Positions 34,707 to 48,669 of a stretch of DNA of 64,000 bases are shown here, piece after piece; position 1 is the first letter of the stretch, and the number at the start of each line of letters is the position of its first letter. Position numbers and translations under genes: made by a program. A model generated the notes under the pieces. That model saw only the letters and a list, made by a program, of their open reading frames with translations, was not told the DNA's origin and searched no databases. Where the stretch lies: positions 11,594,001-11,658,000 of the forward strand of contig JBHGNT010000022.1 in assembly GCA_043228905.1 (NCBI GenBank), read 5' to 3'. This DNA is from Azolla caroliniana (lineage: Eukaryota > Plantae > Polypodiophyta).

Positions 34707-35281
34707 CTCGCTCACTCCTTCCTTCTCTCGAAGAAGTTCTACACCTCTCATAGTACTAATCCTTCGTTTAGTACTAATTCCTTCTCTGTCTCAGTATTGT
34801 TCCTGACATCTACCACCACCCATGATCGCATTTGTGTATTCTCCATTCTTCTTCAGGCTTAGAATAACCATCCAAGAGACTCAACAAAGCAATGATACAA
34901 AAGATTAGTAGTCACTTGTAACAACGACGTTTGACCCTTAAACACCAATCAATCCACGGTTGTTCTCCTGTTTGTAGAGGTAAGGGACCTTGCATCAATG
35001 GAATATTTTGTGGTTGTTGCCAAATAAACCCATAATTAGGCGGAATGCGTAATAATTGTCGTGCTTCAACAAACTCCAAAATTCTTTGAGATGGAGCCTC
35101 AACTATATCTCCCACCTCTTTGACCCCCAAACAAAAAAAATGATTAAATTGAGATCGCAATCTCTCCTTTCCTGGCCAACATAATAACCGAGAAGACACA
35201 AGCAACTCTTTTTGCAAAGAATTACAATGCTCTCTACTAGATGATGGTTTCCATACACATAACAAAAGTGCTTATTGCCAT

Positions 35282-35360
<79 letters not shown>

Positions 35361-36329
35361 TGAAGGCCTTACTATGAAAGTGACAAAAGTTGTTTATTTC
35401 ACAAATTTTTTTGTACATGCCAGTTTAAATTCACAGCTGGTCTTTGCTTCTAGAAAGTAACAACAATCAAAAAAGGGGAATGCGAATTTTTGTAGCTGCC
35501 AACAAGTTATCCCATGTGATCAACATGAAAGACACCTTAGAACAACTATCCACGAGTAAAAATGCTCGTTTTTCCACGAAACCTACATAGACATACTATC
35601 ATACTGGTCTTCCACATGGCCCAACACGAAAGAAGTGCTTGATAAGGTTCTCGTCAAGAAGAACATGTTGTGCCCTAATACATGTGGAAATACTCTTTTC
35701 ATGTGAACCGAATGGAATAAACTGGCACTTGTTTCTTTGTGTTAATGCATGATGCAAGTCAAAAAAATGAAAATTACTTGTTTCTGTACTTCTTGCTTCT
35801 CAAATGTCCACGTTAATTTTGAAGAGGTTCCCCTAAACTTTGTTTTGCCAAGCAATAGAATTCAAACCCGCATCTCCAAATCCTATTGATCTAGTGCCCT
35901 ATTGTTGTGTGATACTTGCAATTCGTGTTAAATCATTTACAATAAACTCCTATGTTGAGATCAATAGAAACATAAACAACGGAACTGCACATGCACATTA
36001 TACACACACATAAACAATGTGAGCACATACATACACAATTGTCATAAACAATGCAAATGCACAAGCATATTATAGACAAACATAACACTTATGCACATTA
36101 ACAATGCCAACACATACATACACAACAATTATATACAAGCACACATTCACACAAACAAAGACACATACACATACACAAACATTTGCTCTTATACATGCAC
36201 ATCCCACAACTATGCTTATGCATAAACGCACAATTTACCCTAAGAATTCCATTTTGTTTGGGAGTTTCAAACTCAAACCATTTACAAATTTTGAAACTTA
36301 GACCGAACCAAACCATGAAATCATTTTAA

Positions 36330-36600
36330 TCAAACTGTTTGAGGAATTTCCAAGCTCAAACAGAAAATTTGAAGAGACTTCCAAACTGTTAAGATGATGG
36401 GTTGTTGTTTCATTGTTCGGTGCAAACCAATATTTTGTGCTAACTTTTTGAACGTTGGATCTCAAAATATGCAACTATTTTAACCAAACCGTTTGAGGAA
36501 TTTCCAAGCTCAAACCAAAATTTCAAGCGATTTCCAAACCGTTAAGCTATTGAGTTGTTGTTTCGCCGTTCAATGCAAACAATATTTTGTGCTAACTTTA
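36330..36600. repeat. Tandem duplication of ~150 bp
   Basis: CAAAC(T/C)GTTTGAGGAATTTCCAAGCTCAAAC...TATTTTGTGCTAACTTT occurs twice. Confidence 0.8.
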
Positions 36601-39600
36601 AGAAAGAGTCCTCCAACCAAAGGCTCCTATTTATAAAGTGAGGAAAAAGAAGAAAATGTTATAGCTTATTCTATGTAGTTGATTCATATTTGATAAAACT
36701 ATTTTAACTTGTTGTTTGAAGCCCATTAAACCACAAATTTTAAACCTCTTTAGGGTCACCCAATCACAATTTGTCACTTTATACACAAACTTGGGATCTC
36801 AGTTATCATGTTTTGTGACTAGATCACTTTTGATAGGAGTCACATACGTCACCTCAAACATTCTTGTAAAGCTCATTTTCTAGGAAAAATTCACGACTCT
36901 CAAACTAAACATTTGAGAATTCAAATTTAAATGGTTGGATCAATTTGTATGCGATGTCACTCAAGAGAGAGAGCGTGTTCTTAAATCTAACTTCCCTAAT
37001 TTTGTTTCGCCATAGCAAGAGTGTAATGTTTTTGAATCATGGGGCATGTTATGCACATAACCTTTCGAACCAATTATTAAGTGTAGGATAGTCGGGAAAT
37101 CATTATCCTTGGAACTAGAACAAACCCATATAGGCCTAAGGCATATGAGAATATGTAGTGATTTGGGAGCCTTAGGTGTTGACTCTTGAGTTACATGAAG
37201 GGGACTAGCTACCCTATTCATTAGGGTACCTTGATACATTGTTGAGTCTTTATTAGTGAGATCAAACTCTCTTATTTGGATATGTTATTCACATCCAAGG
37301 TATAACATAAACTAAAGTTCAATGGTATAGGATATTGATGTTGTTTTATGTTCGTCTCATGTCCTTTTGCCCAAGGATGGTTGGTATGGTTAATCACCCA
37401 TGATTTATTATTCTCCTTAATCTCTCATTCTTTTCTCATCATTAGTACGATCGGTAATATTAGGTCTCTAGATTGTGGTAGATACCAATGATAAGTTCTT
37501 CATAGGTGTTACAATAGCATTATTTCATGTAACCACTTTATTAATCATTGTTGCCTTTTCTAACAATCATGACAATGTTATAGATGTGAAGGAATTAATT
37601 CCATGTCAATGTCAAAGAGCACACCAACCTCAAGAAGACGCATATTCCACCTTCAATTGAAGCTCGCAAAACCTCTTCTAGATGAGGAATTCACAAGAAT
37701 AGATCATTGGCGAGGTGTGGTTGTAGTTGAATGCTTGTCCTCTAGTAGATAATGGTGAAAACAATGGATATATATATATATATATATATATATAGCAAAG
37801 TGGCCAAGTACAATTAAAACAACAAATCTGTTACTATGGGGGCCTAGCCCATGTGCTCCTAGGCAATCAAATCGTCATACACTTAGGGTCAAGTACCAAC
37901 CAAACTCGATGGTGAAGTGAGAACTAAGGGCCTAAAATGCACTAGAGGTTTGTGTATATACACTAAGATTTTAAGATTGAATGAGTTAGTGATCAATCAT
38001 ATTCAATGCATCCCCTTTTTGTTGATCACATGTGTAATGGTTGTTGGGCTTGTTCACACCTAACACCCACCTCCAATGGCAATGGTATGAGCGTTTGGAA
38101 GTCAACTGATGCAACAAGATCCTGCATCATCCAGAATGTATCACCACGTCACATAATTTGACTTCAATATTTTCTCATCCTTCATAGTATTCACCTAAAT
38201 GAATTCTCGGCATTAACTTCTTAATATACTCAAGACATAGGACCTTCATGAAGATAAATTCACACAATTTTCTTTTCTTAGCCAATACTCCAACTTCGTA
38301 TTTTCATTGAAAATGATCTAGTATAATTTCAATATGTTTAGTCTACCCATGGACCAATAGATTATTTGTGCTACCAATGCAACTCTAGTTATCATATGTT
38401 ACCTACGTTGACCCCCCCCCCCCCCCCCCCCCTTTCCTCAATCAACACCTTTGTTCCCACTAAAAGAATTCTTAGCCACACTACATCACATACATTGCAT
38501 TGGAGACTACTTTTCAGGCTACCGTGATAGTTTGTGGCTTCTTCGACTCAAATTCTCAACCTTGCGAAAGGAGATTCATCGTTTTATCATTTGTTGAAAA
38601 TATCCCTAATCCCCTCGGTAACACCTAGGGCCAAATAGCTCGATTAATGGAGTGGTTATAAAACTATACTACATGGTTTTAGAAACTATGAAGGTGGCTA
38701 ATATGTATACATAGGACTCTTCTTGTTAGGTGGTGCAAAGCTATTCCTCTTGGAATGAATGGGAAATTCTAACACGCTAACATTAAGTTCAGGTTGTATC
38801 ATTTTAAGGGGTGAGAGGATGAATACTAAAGCTTGTGTGATTGTGAGGGATAAAATACTTAGAGTTTGTCTCTTAGTACTAAAGTATGGAGATCTTACTA
38901 AAGTGGCTCCTCTTTAAAAGGAATTTATATAATGTCCTATTTAGGCCCTTAAAATTCCCTTCTAGCTTGCTAATTAGTAGATCATATGTATTAGATTTGA
39001 ATCCATCACCTGAGTTTTGGAAATTCACATGCTATATTCCAAGAGGGTTGTACACCTTGTTTTTATGATGTTTTTTTGTCGAAAATTACTGAAATGTGAG
39101 AATGAAACCCCAATTTTTATTACATTTATATTTGGGCAAATGTGTGAGAGTTTCGTTTAGCTTAATTTCGTTAGAGATTATACATATCCATGTTGTGCAT
39201 ATGTGCACGACAACAAATGCAAGGAGGGTCTAAGCAAAGTTAAGCACTGTTGACACTTTATTTTATCTAGTACTAAAATGAATATTGACGGTACAATTTG
39301 AATGGTAAAAGGGAGATTTTGGGTTTTGTGGATGAGAGTGGATATGGAGTTAACAAATGTTCCTAAGTTAGTTGCAACTTCTTTTGTTTTGCGAAATATT
39401 TGCCTTTGTGTGTGGGGACTCATTTGATAAAGGATTGGGTTCAAGAGGTGGAGCAAGAAACTTCAACGTGGCTTGAATCCAGATAATGTGACAAGTTTGT
39501 GTGCAAGGTTCATACAATGGAGCATATATTAAGTGAGAAAGTGGCAATGTTATGCACACTAGAATGGTTCCAATGATGAAGATTATGATAATGGTTACGA

Positions 39601-41413
39601 AAGAGGTACTATAAAAAAACAATCAAATAGATCCAATGATGGAGGTGAACGGAGTTATTCTTCAATAGATTGGTGAATGATGTAAATAGAGCACACCCAT
39701 AGTGTTGTAACCCTTGATTATGTGAAACGTGAGAATCAATTTCCAAAGATAATACAATTCGATGAATATTCACATCTAGTTTTGTTAAGTTGACATACTC
39801 CATATTTTGTTGTGTGATCCGATTGTTAAATAGAGAGGGCTTGAACGAAACATTGCAAATGATTTCTATGGTTTTATGATCAATTCATATTAAACTTGAA
39901 AGGGATTTTATAATACGTAAAAGATTATTATTTAATATAGCCACCACATGTGGACAAGTCATGACCATTCAACAAAGAAAATCAACATAGCATGTGTACA
40001 CATGTGAGTAGCTTGTAGAAAGCCATTAAACGTTACCTCCTCGGACACGGGTTGCCATATGTACCTTGTCCTACCTCCCTTTGTGTACGTAGACTTATAA
40101 TATGAGACTTAGAGTGGGAACAAGAAACAAACCGCAATAAAAGCATCTTGGTATGTCTAATTGATCATTTAAAGATGTGTTGCAAAAGATATGGACTTTC
40201 TTTAATATGAATAAAATGCCACAACCTTTTTCTATATCAAAATAATTATCTTTAAAACTGCACTTGTAAGTAGGTTTCTCACAACACCACAATATGGCTC
40301 CTTTAGACTTCTTTTGCATAGAGGCTTCTCAAAACAATAGACTACCTCTTTTGTGTTTGAAGAATAATGATAATCAATATGTGAAGTGTAGAGCCTAACC
40401 CTTGGATTTCATATCCGAAGATTTGTCATGAGGCTCTTTATTTCTCTATCAAGGACAAAATCAACATAATCTCGCGTAAACTATGAGTCTGATATTGAGG
40501 ACGCGAATGTGGATTGAAAATGTTGAATTACTTTGTTGAAGGGAGTGGAGTAATGCCATGGAAATTATGGAGTGTATGTGTAATATTGTTGTCAATTATT
40601 GTAATGGCAAGGGCTAATATGAGAGTCGAGACTATTAAAAGGTAGCTTGAGAGGGAATATTTTTCTAGATAATAATAAAACCATTAATGAGTGCATTAGT
40701 TAAATTTTTAAAAAAAGGATCACTAATAAGATAGTGCTTTGCCATACTCAAAGAAAGATAAAATAAGTGTGGCACTCCTAACATGCATGAATGAAGATCA
40801 CATGACTGTCTCCGTATAAAGCGAGCTCCTCTACCACGAATCGTGCTCGCTAGAAAAAAACAAAATAGGGAATGATAAAATGCCAAAGCAGTACATCATA
40901 GAGACAGTTGAACATTTGTGAAAGACGCGGAAAAAAACTTTAAAATAGAAAATTAAGAAAGGTTTCTTCCATCATGCAAAGTGTATTGAATGATTGAATA
41001 ATACTAGACTCTTGTGTTGTGTAAGTAATGTCGACGAAATACGAGTAGCTACATCAAAAGATGAGCCTGCCTGAGTATGATAAATATTATAATACCACAT
41101 TCTAAGAGGAATGCTTAGGCCTTAAGTAAAATGACATTCAACTCATTGCCTTTATTTTAGGTCTCCCTTTTTTTTTTGTTTTTACGTAAAAGTATCATTT
41201 ATATGTATGAAGACAATACAAACAAAAACTTGTTGTCCCAAACAATGACGATGATCTTATGGTAGAGTAAACCCATTTGAGGCGCTCTAAGTCCAGCAAG
41301 CATAAAGGCAACTAACTTCCGCTTACAAGAAGATGATTGCAACCTAAGTCTCAAGAACTACTAGCTTCTATACATGTTGTGGTGCTTCGAGGAGATAATC
41401 AAACAATAACCCA

Positions 41414-41517
<104 letters not shown>

Positions 41518-43891
41518 CACACACACACACAACACTCGTAATATTGTTTTCAAAACATTACTACATGATTATACCATTGACCGTAAATATGTGGGTTCTG
41601 GCAACAAATACCTCCTCTTCTCATTTGAGTGTTGGATCCTAATAAATCCAACATTGACTTCTGTATATTGAGTGTGTATGTGCCCATAATGTTTTTTGTT
41701 TGTATTTGGTTTCTGTTTAAAAAAATGCATGTGCCAGGGTAGACAAAATGATATTTGTTAACCCCTACTTTTAGTTAAGGGATGTTCTTTGCCATGTTTA
41801 AAAAATGGTAGAGGAATGCAAAAGACAAAGTCCTCGGGAAAAAGTAAAGAAAGAATTATAGGGCTAGTTCAAAGTAGGCAAGAAGTTAGAAGAGTCCAAA
41901 GAATCGCCAACAAACTCATAGTATGCTGCAATTGATCCATCAAGCAACAATATCATTGAATGAGTCATATATTATAGATATACAAAGTGGCCATTTTCAT
42001 TCAACTCAATTGAAAATTGCAGTGGAGTTAGATTTTACAACACTCCTTTTGTCGAGGTTATTTGGTCAAAGAAGTAGAGAATCACACTCCATAGGTGAAA
42101 ACAAAGGGTGTGGGCTAATCATCAAAATATTGAAGTAAAATAACTAATTCCTCGAAAAATACGTCATTGCCTTTTTTCGTTGTATAGTAGGACTGTCATG
42201 TAGGTTGTAAACGTGGCATACTTACATCCTCTGGGTCATGAAACTTTCCCATGATTGTCATGGATCAATTTTTTTTGTCATTTCATCCAATGTTCCAAAT
42301 CCATACACGCATCGGTATGACCTTCATTTTAGGGTCGAAATCCATCACGACGATAAAAAAATTCAAGCTTTTTTTTCTTGTTTATTTTGTCTTCAAGCCT
42401 ATATCACGGGGGGCAAGTGGTTAGCACTTTTTAATAGGCTATTATGGGTCATACCCATTAGCGTAAGTCATGAAGGGGCCTACGAAGCGTGATACACAAC
42501 TAAAAAGTAAACAAGATTATGTACAAGGACAACATTGTAATGCATTGCATCTTAGCTCAACTTAATGTTACAAACAAAAAACATCTCATTGCTTTTAGGA
42601 AGCATAGACGTGTTTCTATCATTAAGTATACATGTTACGATATCCTTTTCAAACTCTGGACTTCTCAAATCAATACGCGCATTTCTCTATCATGAAGTAT
42701 ACATGTTACAATAACTTTTCAAATTAGACTTCTCAAAACAATGCACTTTGTAAGCCTGGCATTAGTAGCTTTGCACTGTGTTGAAATTAGTGGGTACTAA
42801 CTAGCCAAAACCCAAAGAGACCTATTCTTATGCTAAAATATTGAGAACAAAGACCAATAGGCTAACACAAGCTGATGAACACACCAAACGCATGTATGCC
42901 ACATATTACATGTTGCAAATTTACCATTGGCCTTTAAACTTGCAACTATGTGTACGTTGTTAGGAAATAAATTGAATTGCCATCATTATCATTTTTGTTT
43001 CGTTATTTCCACGGAGCATGGACCTCGAAACCCTTAGAAAAGGAATGATGTCGCGATTGGGCATAAACACAAATGCATGCGTGGTTGCTATTGAAGCATA
43101 ACACCATGGCCCTCTTTAAGGTCCTCTCAATTCCCACTAAATAACTTCATATTACATCCAAAACATAAAACCATCACTATGTTGAGGCCTGAGAGGGGGG
43201 GGGGGGGGGGGGGGGGGGGGGTTCCTCATGACCAGAAACTTCTCTTGGATGGAGGCAATTTCTCCATGTACATTTTCCAACATAGAATCATCACTGAATT
43301 TTGACACAAAGCCCTCTCAAGAATCACACATTCCAATTATGCAAAAGTAGCACGACCACCAAAGTCTTTTAAGAGAACATGGAATGTTTGGCAAACAAAC
43401 AACTTGACAAAGTGTCGAATAATGGAACTTGGATTACGAACAACAAGAAAAGAATGAATGATAACTTGGGATTAGGAACAAACAAGAAGACAAGAGTCAA
43501 ATGAAGCTTAGGATAGACAAGGGTCGAATGGCGCATATAGGATTGCAAACAAATGGTCCAAAACCCAACTCAGAATTGTAAACAAAACAACTAACAACTT
43601 TTTTTTGCAAAAAACAACAACTAACTAACTACTACAAAAGAGAGCATATATACATTATAGCAGAACCACTCAACTTGTGGGACATTATTATTATTATGAT
43701 GATGATTGAAAGAATCCAAAAATCTTGTCTGGGAACTATGTACACCAGTAAAATTCATTTCGAGGGTGTTTGTTTTTTTGACTGGGGTTTCCTAGAAAGG
43801 AAAGTTATCCATTTTTACACACAACAATTGTTTCCTAACAAGGAAAGAGAAGGGAGAGATACATTTCATGTGTTTTTTTGAGTGTCTTTAA

Positions 43892-44157
43892 GAAGGAAGA
43901 AAAATCATGTTATGTACTTCCCACCATGGAGAGCAGCAATCTTTAAGCTCATAATCATAATCATCATCATCAATCAAGCACATGATGAAGATGGATTGTT
44001 GACTGATTGATTTAGGCTATACCCCCAAAAGAAGGAAAGAAATCATGTTGTGTACTCCCCACCATGGAGAGAGCACTCTTAAGTTCATAATCATCATCAT
44101 CATCAATCAATCAATCAAGCACATGATGAAGATGGATTTTTGACTGATTGATTTAGC
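43892..44157. repeat. Tandem duplication (~130 bp x2) just downstream of the zinc-finger gene stop
   Basis: AAATCATGTT..CCCACCATGGAGAG..CAATCAAGCACATGATGAAGATGGATT..GACTGATTGATTTAG occurs twice. Confidence 0.85.
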
Positions 44158-44307
44158 CTGGCTAATTACCCCAAGGGGGAAGAAGGAATGTAAGGAGCAT
44201 TATTTACCATGAGGGAGACAAATTTACCAAACTACCCAAGAAGAATCAGAAGAAGAAGAAGGAGCCATGGCCTTGGAAGCTTCTCTCCACCATTTTCATC
44301 CCCTCAA

Positions 44308-47300
44308 TCATTGCTCCCAAGAGCGTCTCGCCAGAGAAGTCTGCGGTGAGGCGGGTTCGAATCCGACCTCTACCTCATCATCATCATCATCACCATCATC
44401 TTCCTCATGCTCCATAGGTGCTGGCATGTTCAAGTCCAGTGTGTTACCACTGCTGTTACAAGCCACCATTAATTCATCATTCACTAAAACCTTAGTGGTA
44501 GTGATGGTGCTTATGCTGGATTGCTGCTGCTCTGCAGATGAATTCAGTTGCTCTTCCTCCTCCATGTACTCCTCCTCCATGTGCTTCTGCTTCTCCATGA
44601 TTAATTTGTTGTTGCCGACATTGCTAGATGCTGCGCTTGCAGACTGAGTGTGCTGCGGATACATCGACGATTTCTGCTCTCTCTCCGCCAGTAACAGCTT
44701 CTGATCCGGCAGAAGCTTCGGATCCGCACCCGTCCAATGGCATCTCTTATGCCCTCCCAGAGCTTGGCCTGTGCTGAACACTCGGTGGCATATGGAGCAT
44801 TCATGGCCCTTGCCACTCACACCATTCCTTCTATCAGATTCATCCATTAGCTTCTGCTTCTGATTCTGCTTCTGCTTCAGCTTCTGATGCAGCTTCTCCT
44901 TCTCCTTCTCCTCTTTCTTCATTCCTGATGCCGACACGGATTGCATTACCTGCTTCTTCGCCTTCTCCTTCTCCGGAATGCTTCTGTTCTGCCATAGCTG
45001 GACCTCTCTAGCATCACCAGTTTCTCCATTGGCCTCGCCTACCTCACCCGCTTCTTCGATCCAGCTTGCTCCTAACATAGCTGAAGCACTGCATCCTTTG
45101 GTCTTCCTGTGGCTTGCTCTGTGTCCTCCTAAAGCTTGGTGTGAAGAGAAAGACTTGTTACAGGTAGTACATTCATACCTCATGAGCTGAGGGGGTAGCT
45201 CATGGCCGCCATGGCCTGTAGCTACAGAAAGTTTCTGATCAGATCTATCAGTATAATCGGCAGCATGGGATGCAAAGAGATAATGTCCATGCCCATGTGC
45301 TGAAGCTTGCAGAGACTTGATTTCGCCTTCTTCTTGGTGAATGAAGGAGGACTGCTGAATCGGATCTTGAGAGCTCACCATGTCCTGATCCAGTTTCATA
45401 GCAGGCTTAATGCTTCCATCTTTACCTCGTCCACCTTCTTCTTCTTCTTCCAAAATCATCTTAGCAGCTTCCGCGAGCAAGAACAGACAGTTAGGCGTAT
45501 CTTCTTCTTCTTCTTCGTCTTCTCCTTCTCCTTCTTCGTCCATTCCTTCTTCTAGAGAAGTAGTCTCTGATGAGCTCAAGGTCGGCACTTCTTCTTCTTC
45601 TTCTTCTTCTTCTTCTCCTCTCGTTTGTAGACTCGTCACAAGTCCTGCAGGTTTTCCATGACCATGGCCTCCTGATGATCCAGACGATGAGGATCGCCTT
45701 GATCGTTTCCCTCGTGACCAACGGCTCAGATTATTCATCCAATCCTCATCAGTTATCAAGGCTTGATCGTCTGTAGTATTTGCCTGGTGATGATCAAAAA
45801 GCGTGCCATCGCCACGCAGCTTCAATCCTTCCGTTTCCATCTGTGAAGAGGCTAAGCAGACCTTGGGATTTACATGTCCTTCTGCTACTCCCTGCTGAGC
45901 CTGACCAGATTCATTGATAATTTTCTGAGAACTGTTACCTGCTGCTGGGGGGTTGAACTGCTTCATCTTCTTGCTCGCTCTATCTTCCCCGCTGACTATG
46001 GATTCTGGAGGAAGGATCCCTCTCCACTCTCTCTCCGGATGGCAACGCATGTGTCCGAAGAGGGCCTTCAATGACGAGAATACCTTACCACACTCCGAGC
46101 AATTCACTGCCGTCTGACGATGATCTTTGTTAGCCTCCATGAATGCTTGACCTGAATCTGCAAGACGGACTTCTGTGGCAAATTCATCATCGGTTAATCT
46201 ATGGCTTCTCTTAGGGTTATGGCGAAGCTTGTACAGGTTGTTGTTCTTGAGCATGTTTCTGATCTTTGAAACGTGACCAGACATGGTGGCCTCCCTCATC
46301 GCCGATGGATTCTTCTTCCCATCTGAGACAGCAGTACCAGTATGGAAACGATCAGAACCGTAGAACTCACCTTCAGATGCAGAATACTCATCGTCTAATT
46401 CTCTACTGATCAAGCTCGCAGCTCGCTCTGATGTTAATGCTTTCCGCTCTCCGTCACCATCATGGTTGCGGTGATGGTGATGATGGCCATGAGCCGTTAA
46501 TTCCTCCTCCATTTCAGAACCTGTAACGGTTCCCATGGTCATGGATTCTTCCCCCTCCTCCTCTTCCTCTTCGTGATGGGAGGTGTTTCCAGCAGCTTTC
46601 ATGGAATGCTTGGAGACAGAGCTCTCTCTCAAACTGTTGTGGCCTACGCCACAATTGCTTGATGCAGTTAAGTTGGGAAGATTTACGAACCTTTCATCAC
46701 AAGAAGTCGGAGGAATCTTGGAATCTGCAAGGGATAGCTTCAGCTCTCCATGGCTATGGTGCAGAGGGCCTCCTGCAGACAATTTGTTGGGAATCTTCGT
46801 CTTGTTATTGGGAACATGGAGACCAGTATCCTGAGCTATCAAGAACAAAGCACCATGAATTCTCATATGGCCACCGAGAGCTCTTCCAGATGAGAACTGT
46901 CGAGAACAGATTCTGCAGACTCGCTTGGGATTCGCAGCATCCGCAGCGACAGCAGAAGATGAGTTAGACTTGGCTGTAGGCGTTTCCATAACTTGAATGT
47001 AATTAGCTTTCCTTTTCTTGCTCTGTCCTTGGATTAAGAGACGCTGCTGCTGCTGCTGCTGTGCGCCGCCATCTGGAAGCTGCTGTCTATGGGAGCTTTG
47101 TAGAGCAGTAGTTGTGCTGTGTGCGGGCTTAGTAAGGATGTTCGCCTTCTTCTTCTGATGCCAGAAAGAATCGGAAGGTTTCTGTTGCAAATCACTTAAC
47201 ATGCGATGGCTATGGAGATCGACCAGATTGATCTCACCATGGGGAGGGGGAAGATGAGGAAGATGAGGATGAGGATCGGTATAATAGTGGGGATAGGTCT

Positions 47301-47379
47301 GATGAGAATGGTTACCAGTTAAGCGGCTATGGCGGACCTGATGATCATGAGGATGAAAGGAAGAGAGAGAGTCCGTCAT
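44308..47379 (-). CDS. Intronless C1-type C2H2 zinc-finger transcriptional repressor (4 fingers, QALGGH, EAR motif), ZAT3/DAZ1-like
   Basis: Fingers RALGGHMRIH, KALFGHMRCHPEREWRGI, QALGGHRASH, QALGGHKRCH; YKLRHNPKRS motif, CLFLLA L-box, LDLNMPAP EAR motif. Confidence 0.92.
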   Translation of the reverse strand: MTDSLSSFHPHDHQVRHSRLTGNHSHQTYPHYYTDPHPHLPHLPPPHGEINLVDLHSHRMLSDLQQKPSDSFWHQKKKANILTKPAHSTTTALQSSHRQQLPDGGAQQQQQQRLLIQGQSKKRKANYIQVMETPTAKSNSSSAVAADAANPKRVCRICSRQFSSGRALGGHMRIHGALFLIAQDTGLHVPNNKTKIPNKLSAGGPLHHSHGELKLSLADSKIPPTSCDERFVNLPNLTASSNCGVGHNSLRESSVSKHSMKAAGNTSHHEEEEEEGEESMTMGTVTGSEMEEELTAHGHHHHHRNHDGDGERKALTSERAASLISRELDDEYSASEGEFYGSDRFHTGTAVSDGKKNPSAMREATMSGHVSKIRNMLKNNNLYKLRHNPKRSHRLTDDEFATEVRLADSGQAFMEANKDHRQTAVNCSECGKVFSSLKALFGHMRCHPEREWRGILPPESIVSGEDRASKKMKQFNPPAAGNSSQKIINESGQAQQGVAEGHVNPKVCLASSQMETEGLKLRGDGTLFDHHQANTTDDQALITDEDWMNNLSRWSRGKRSRRSSSSGSSGGHGHGKPAGLVTSLQTRGEEEEEEEEEVPTLSSSETTSLEEGMDEEGEGEDEEEEEDTPNCLFLLAEAAKMILEEEEEGGRGKDGSIKPAMKLDQDMVSSQDPIQQSSFIHQEEGEIKSLQASAHGHGHYLFASHAADYTDRSDQKLSVATGHGGHELPPQLMRYECTTCNKSFSSHQALGGHRASHRKTKGCSASAMLGASWIEEAGEVGEANGETGDAREVQLWQNRSIPEKEKAKKQVMQSVSASGMKKEEKEKEKLHQKLKQKQNQKQKLMDESDRRNGVSGKGHECSICHRVFSTGQALGGHKRCHWTGADPKLLPDQKLLLAEREQKSSMYPQHTQSASAASSNVGNNKLIMEKQKHMEEEYMEEEEQLNSSAEQQQSSISTITTTKVLVNDELMVACNSSGNTLDLNMPAPMEHEEDDGDDDDDEVEVGFEPASPQTSLARRSWEQ

Positions 47380-48055
47380 GAGCTATACTGCTGGCAAATA
47401 CAATCAGGTCAAGAAGAAGAAGAAAGCAACAACAGAATCCGTAGCACAGAAGATCGATGGAAAGGAAAGAAGGAAACGCTTCGATTGGATGCAAAACAAC
47501 AAAAACAACAAAAAAACAAAAAACAGAGAGAGGGGATGGAGGAAGAAGTAAAGCAGAAACGATCGATGGAACGATCTATGTATAGGTGAATAGGGATATA
47601 TATATATATATATATTCCTGTCAATCTGAGACAGGGTTAGTAGCTATGGCAGGAGCTTTTAGGGGGTAGTGGCAATGGTAAGTACTAGTAGTAGTAATGG
47701 GCGGCGATGGTGGAGTAGTAGTAGTAATCCTGCTTACAGAATCGATTGAAGGAGGGCTGGGAAATGCAGAGCTTTTAAGGATTTGCAGGATGAAGAAGAA
47801 GAAGAAGAAGAAGGAGTGAGGGGGCAGAGCAGGAATTCTGTGCTAGGTGAAGCAGGAAGCAAAGAGAGAGTGAGTGAGAGAGAGAGAGAGAGCTATGGAG
47901 GGGATGATAAGTGTTTATAATTTTAAGTAAGAGAATAGCAGCAGGAAAAGATTGAAATAAAAAGAGGAGAAGAGAAAGGGGTGGAATAGACAGACAGACA
48001 CACACATAATACATATATTATGAAAAAACAGAGGAAAAACAGAGTAGAGAGAGAG

Positions 48056-48211
48056 AGTAGAGAGAGAAGGAAAGGTTCCAAGGAGTGTGTGTGGAGTAAG
48101 TAGAGAGAGAGAGAGAGAGAGAAGGAAAGGTTCCAAGGAGTGTGTGTGTGGAGTAAGGAGAGAGAGAGAGAGAGAGAGAAGGCAAGGTTCCAAGGAGTGT
48201 GTGTGTGGAGT

Positions 48212-48251
<40 letters not shown>

Positions 48252-48340
48252 AAAGGTTCCAAGGAAGTGTGTGTGTGGAGTAAGTAGAGAGAGAGAGAGA
48301 GAAGGAAAGGTTCCAAGGAGTGTGTGTGTGGAGTAAGTAG
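48056..48340. repeat. Compound minisatellite, 5 units GAAGGAAAGGTTCCAAGGAG(TG)nGAGTAAGTA(GA)n
   Basis: Directly visible; length variation sits in the embedded microsatellites. Confidence 0.9.
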
Positions 48341-48407
48341 TGTTTCTTTTTGGCTTGTTTTTTTGAGTGTGTGTGTGTGGATGTGTGTGTTTTCTTTCCC
48401 ATATGTA

Positions 48408-48453
<46 letters not shown>

Positions 48454-48631
48454 CAAGGAGAAGAGAGAGAGAGAGAGAGAGAGTAGAGAGAGAGTTTGGC
48501 CTTTTGTTCTCTTTTTGTTTTACCCTCTCCACACCATCATCATCACCACCACAAACCTTGACTTCTTTTTACCCTCCTAACAAGAAGCACAACAAGAAGA
48601 AGAAGAAGAAGAAGAAGGCACACACCTTCCT

Positions 48632-48669
<38 letters not shown>

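Larger units (their letters stand above)
28236..34808 (+). mobile_element. Ty3/Gypsy chromovirus (Tcn1/Tf1-like), full-length but disrupted
   Basis: LTRs ~28236-28648 and 34371-34808; TSD TCTAC; PPT AAAGGGGGGATAG; gag, PR, RT, RH, IN and chromodomain; frameshifts and a nested insertion. Confidence 0.96.

Noticed and set aside
37900-39000. Traces of a very old Gypsy RT
   Set aside because: Only isolated motif fragments; boundaries cannot be supported
43195-43220. Long poly-G/poly-C runs (also ~38413, ~48774, ~50372)
   Set aside because: Simple homopolymers with no supporting structure or context
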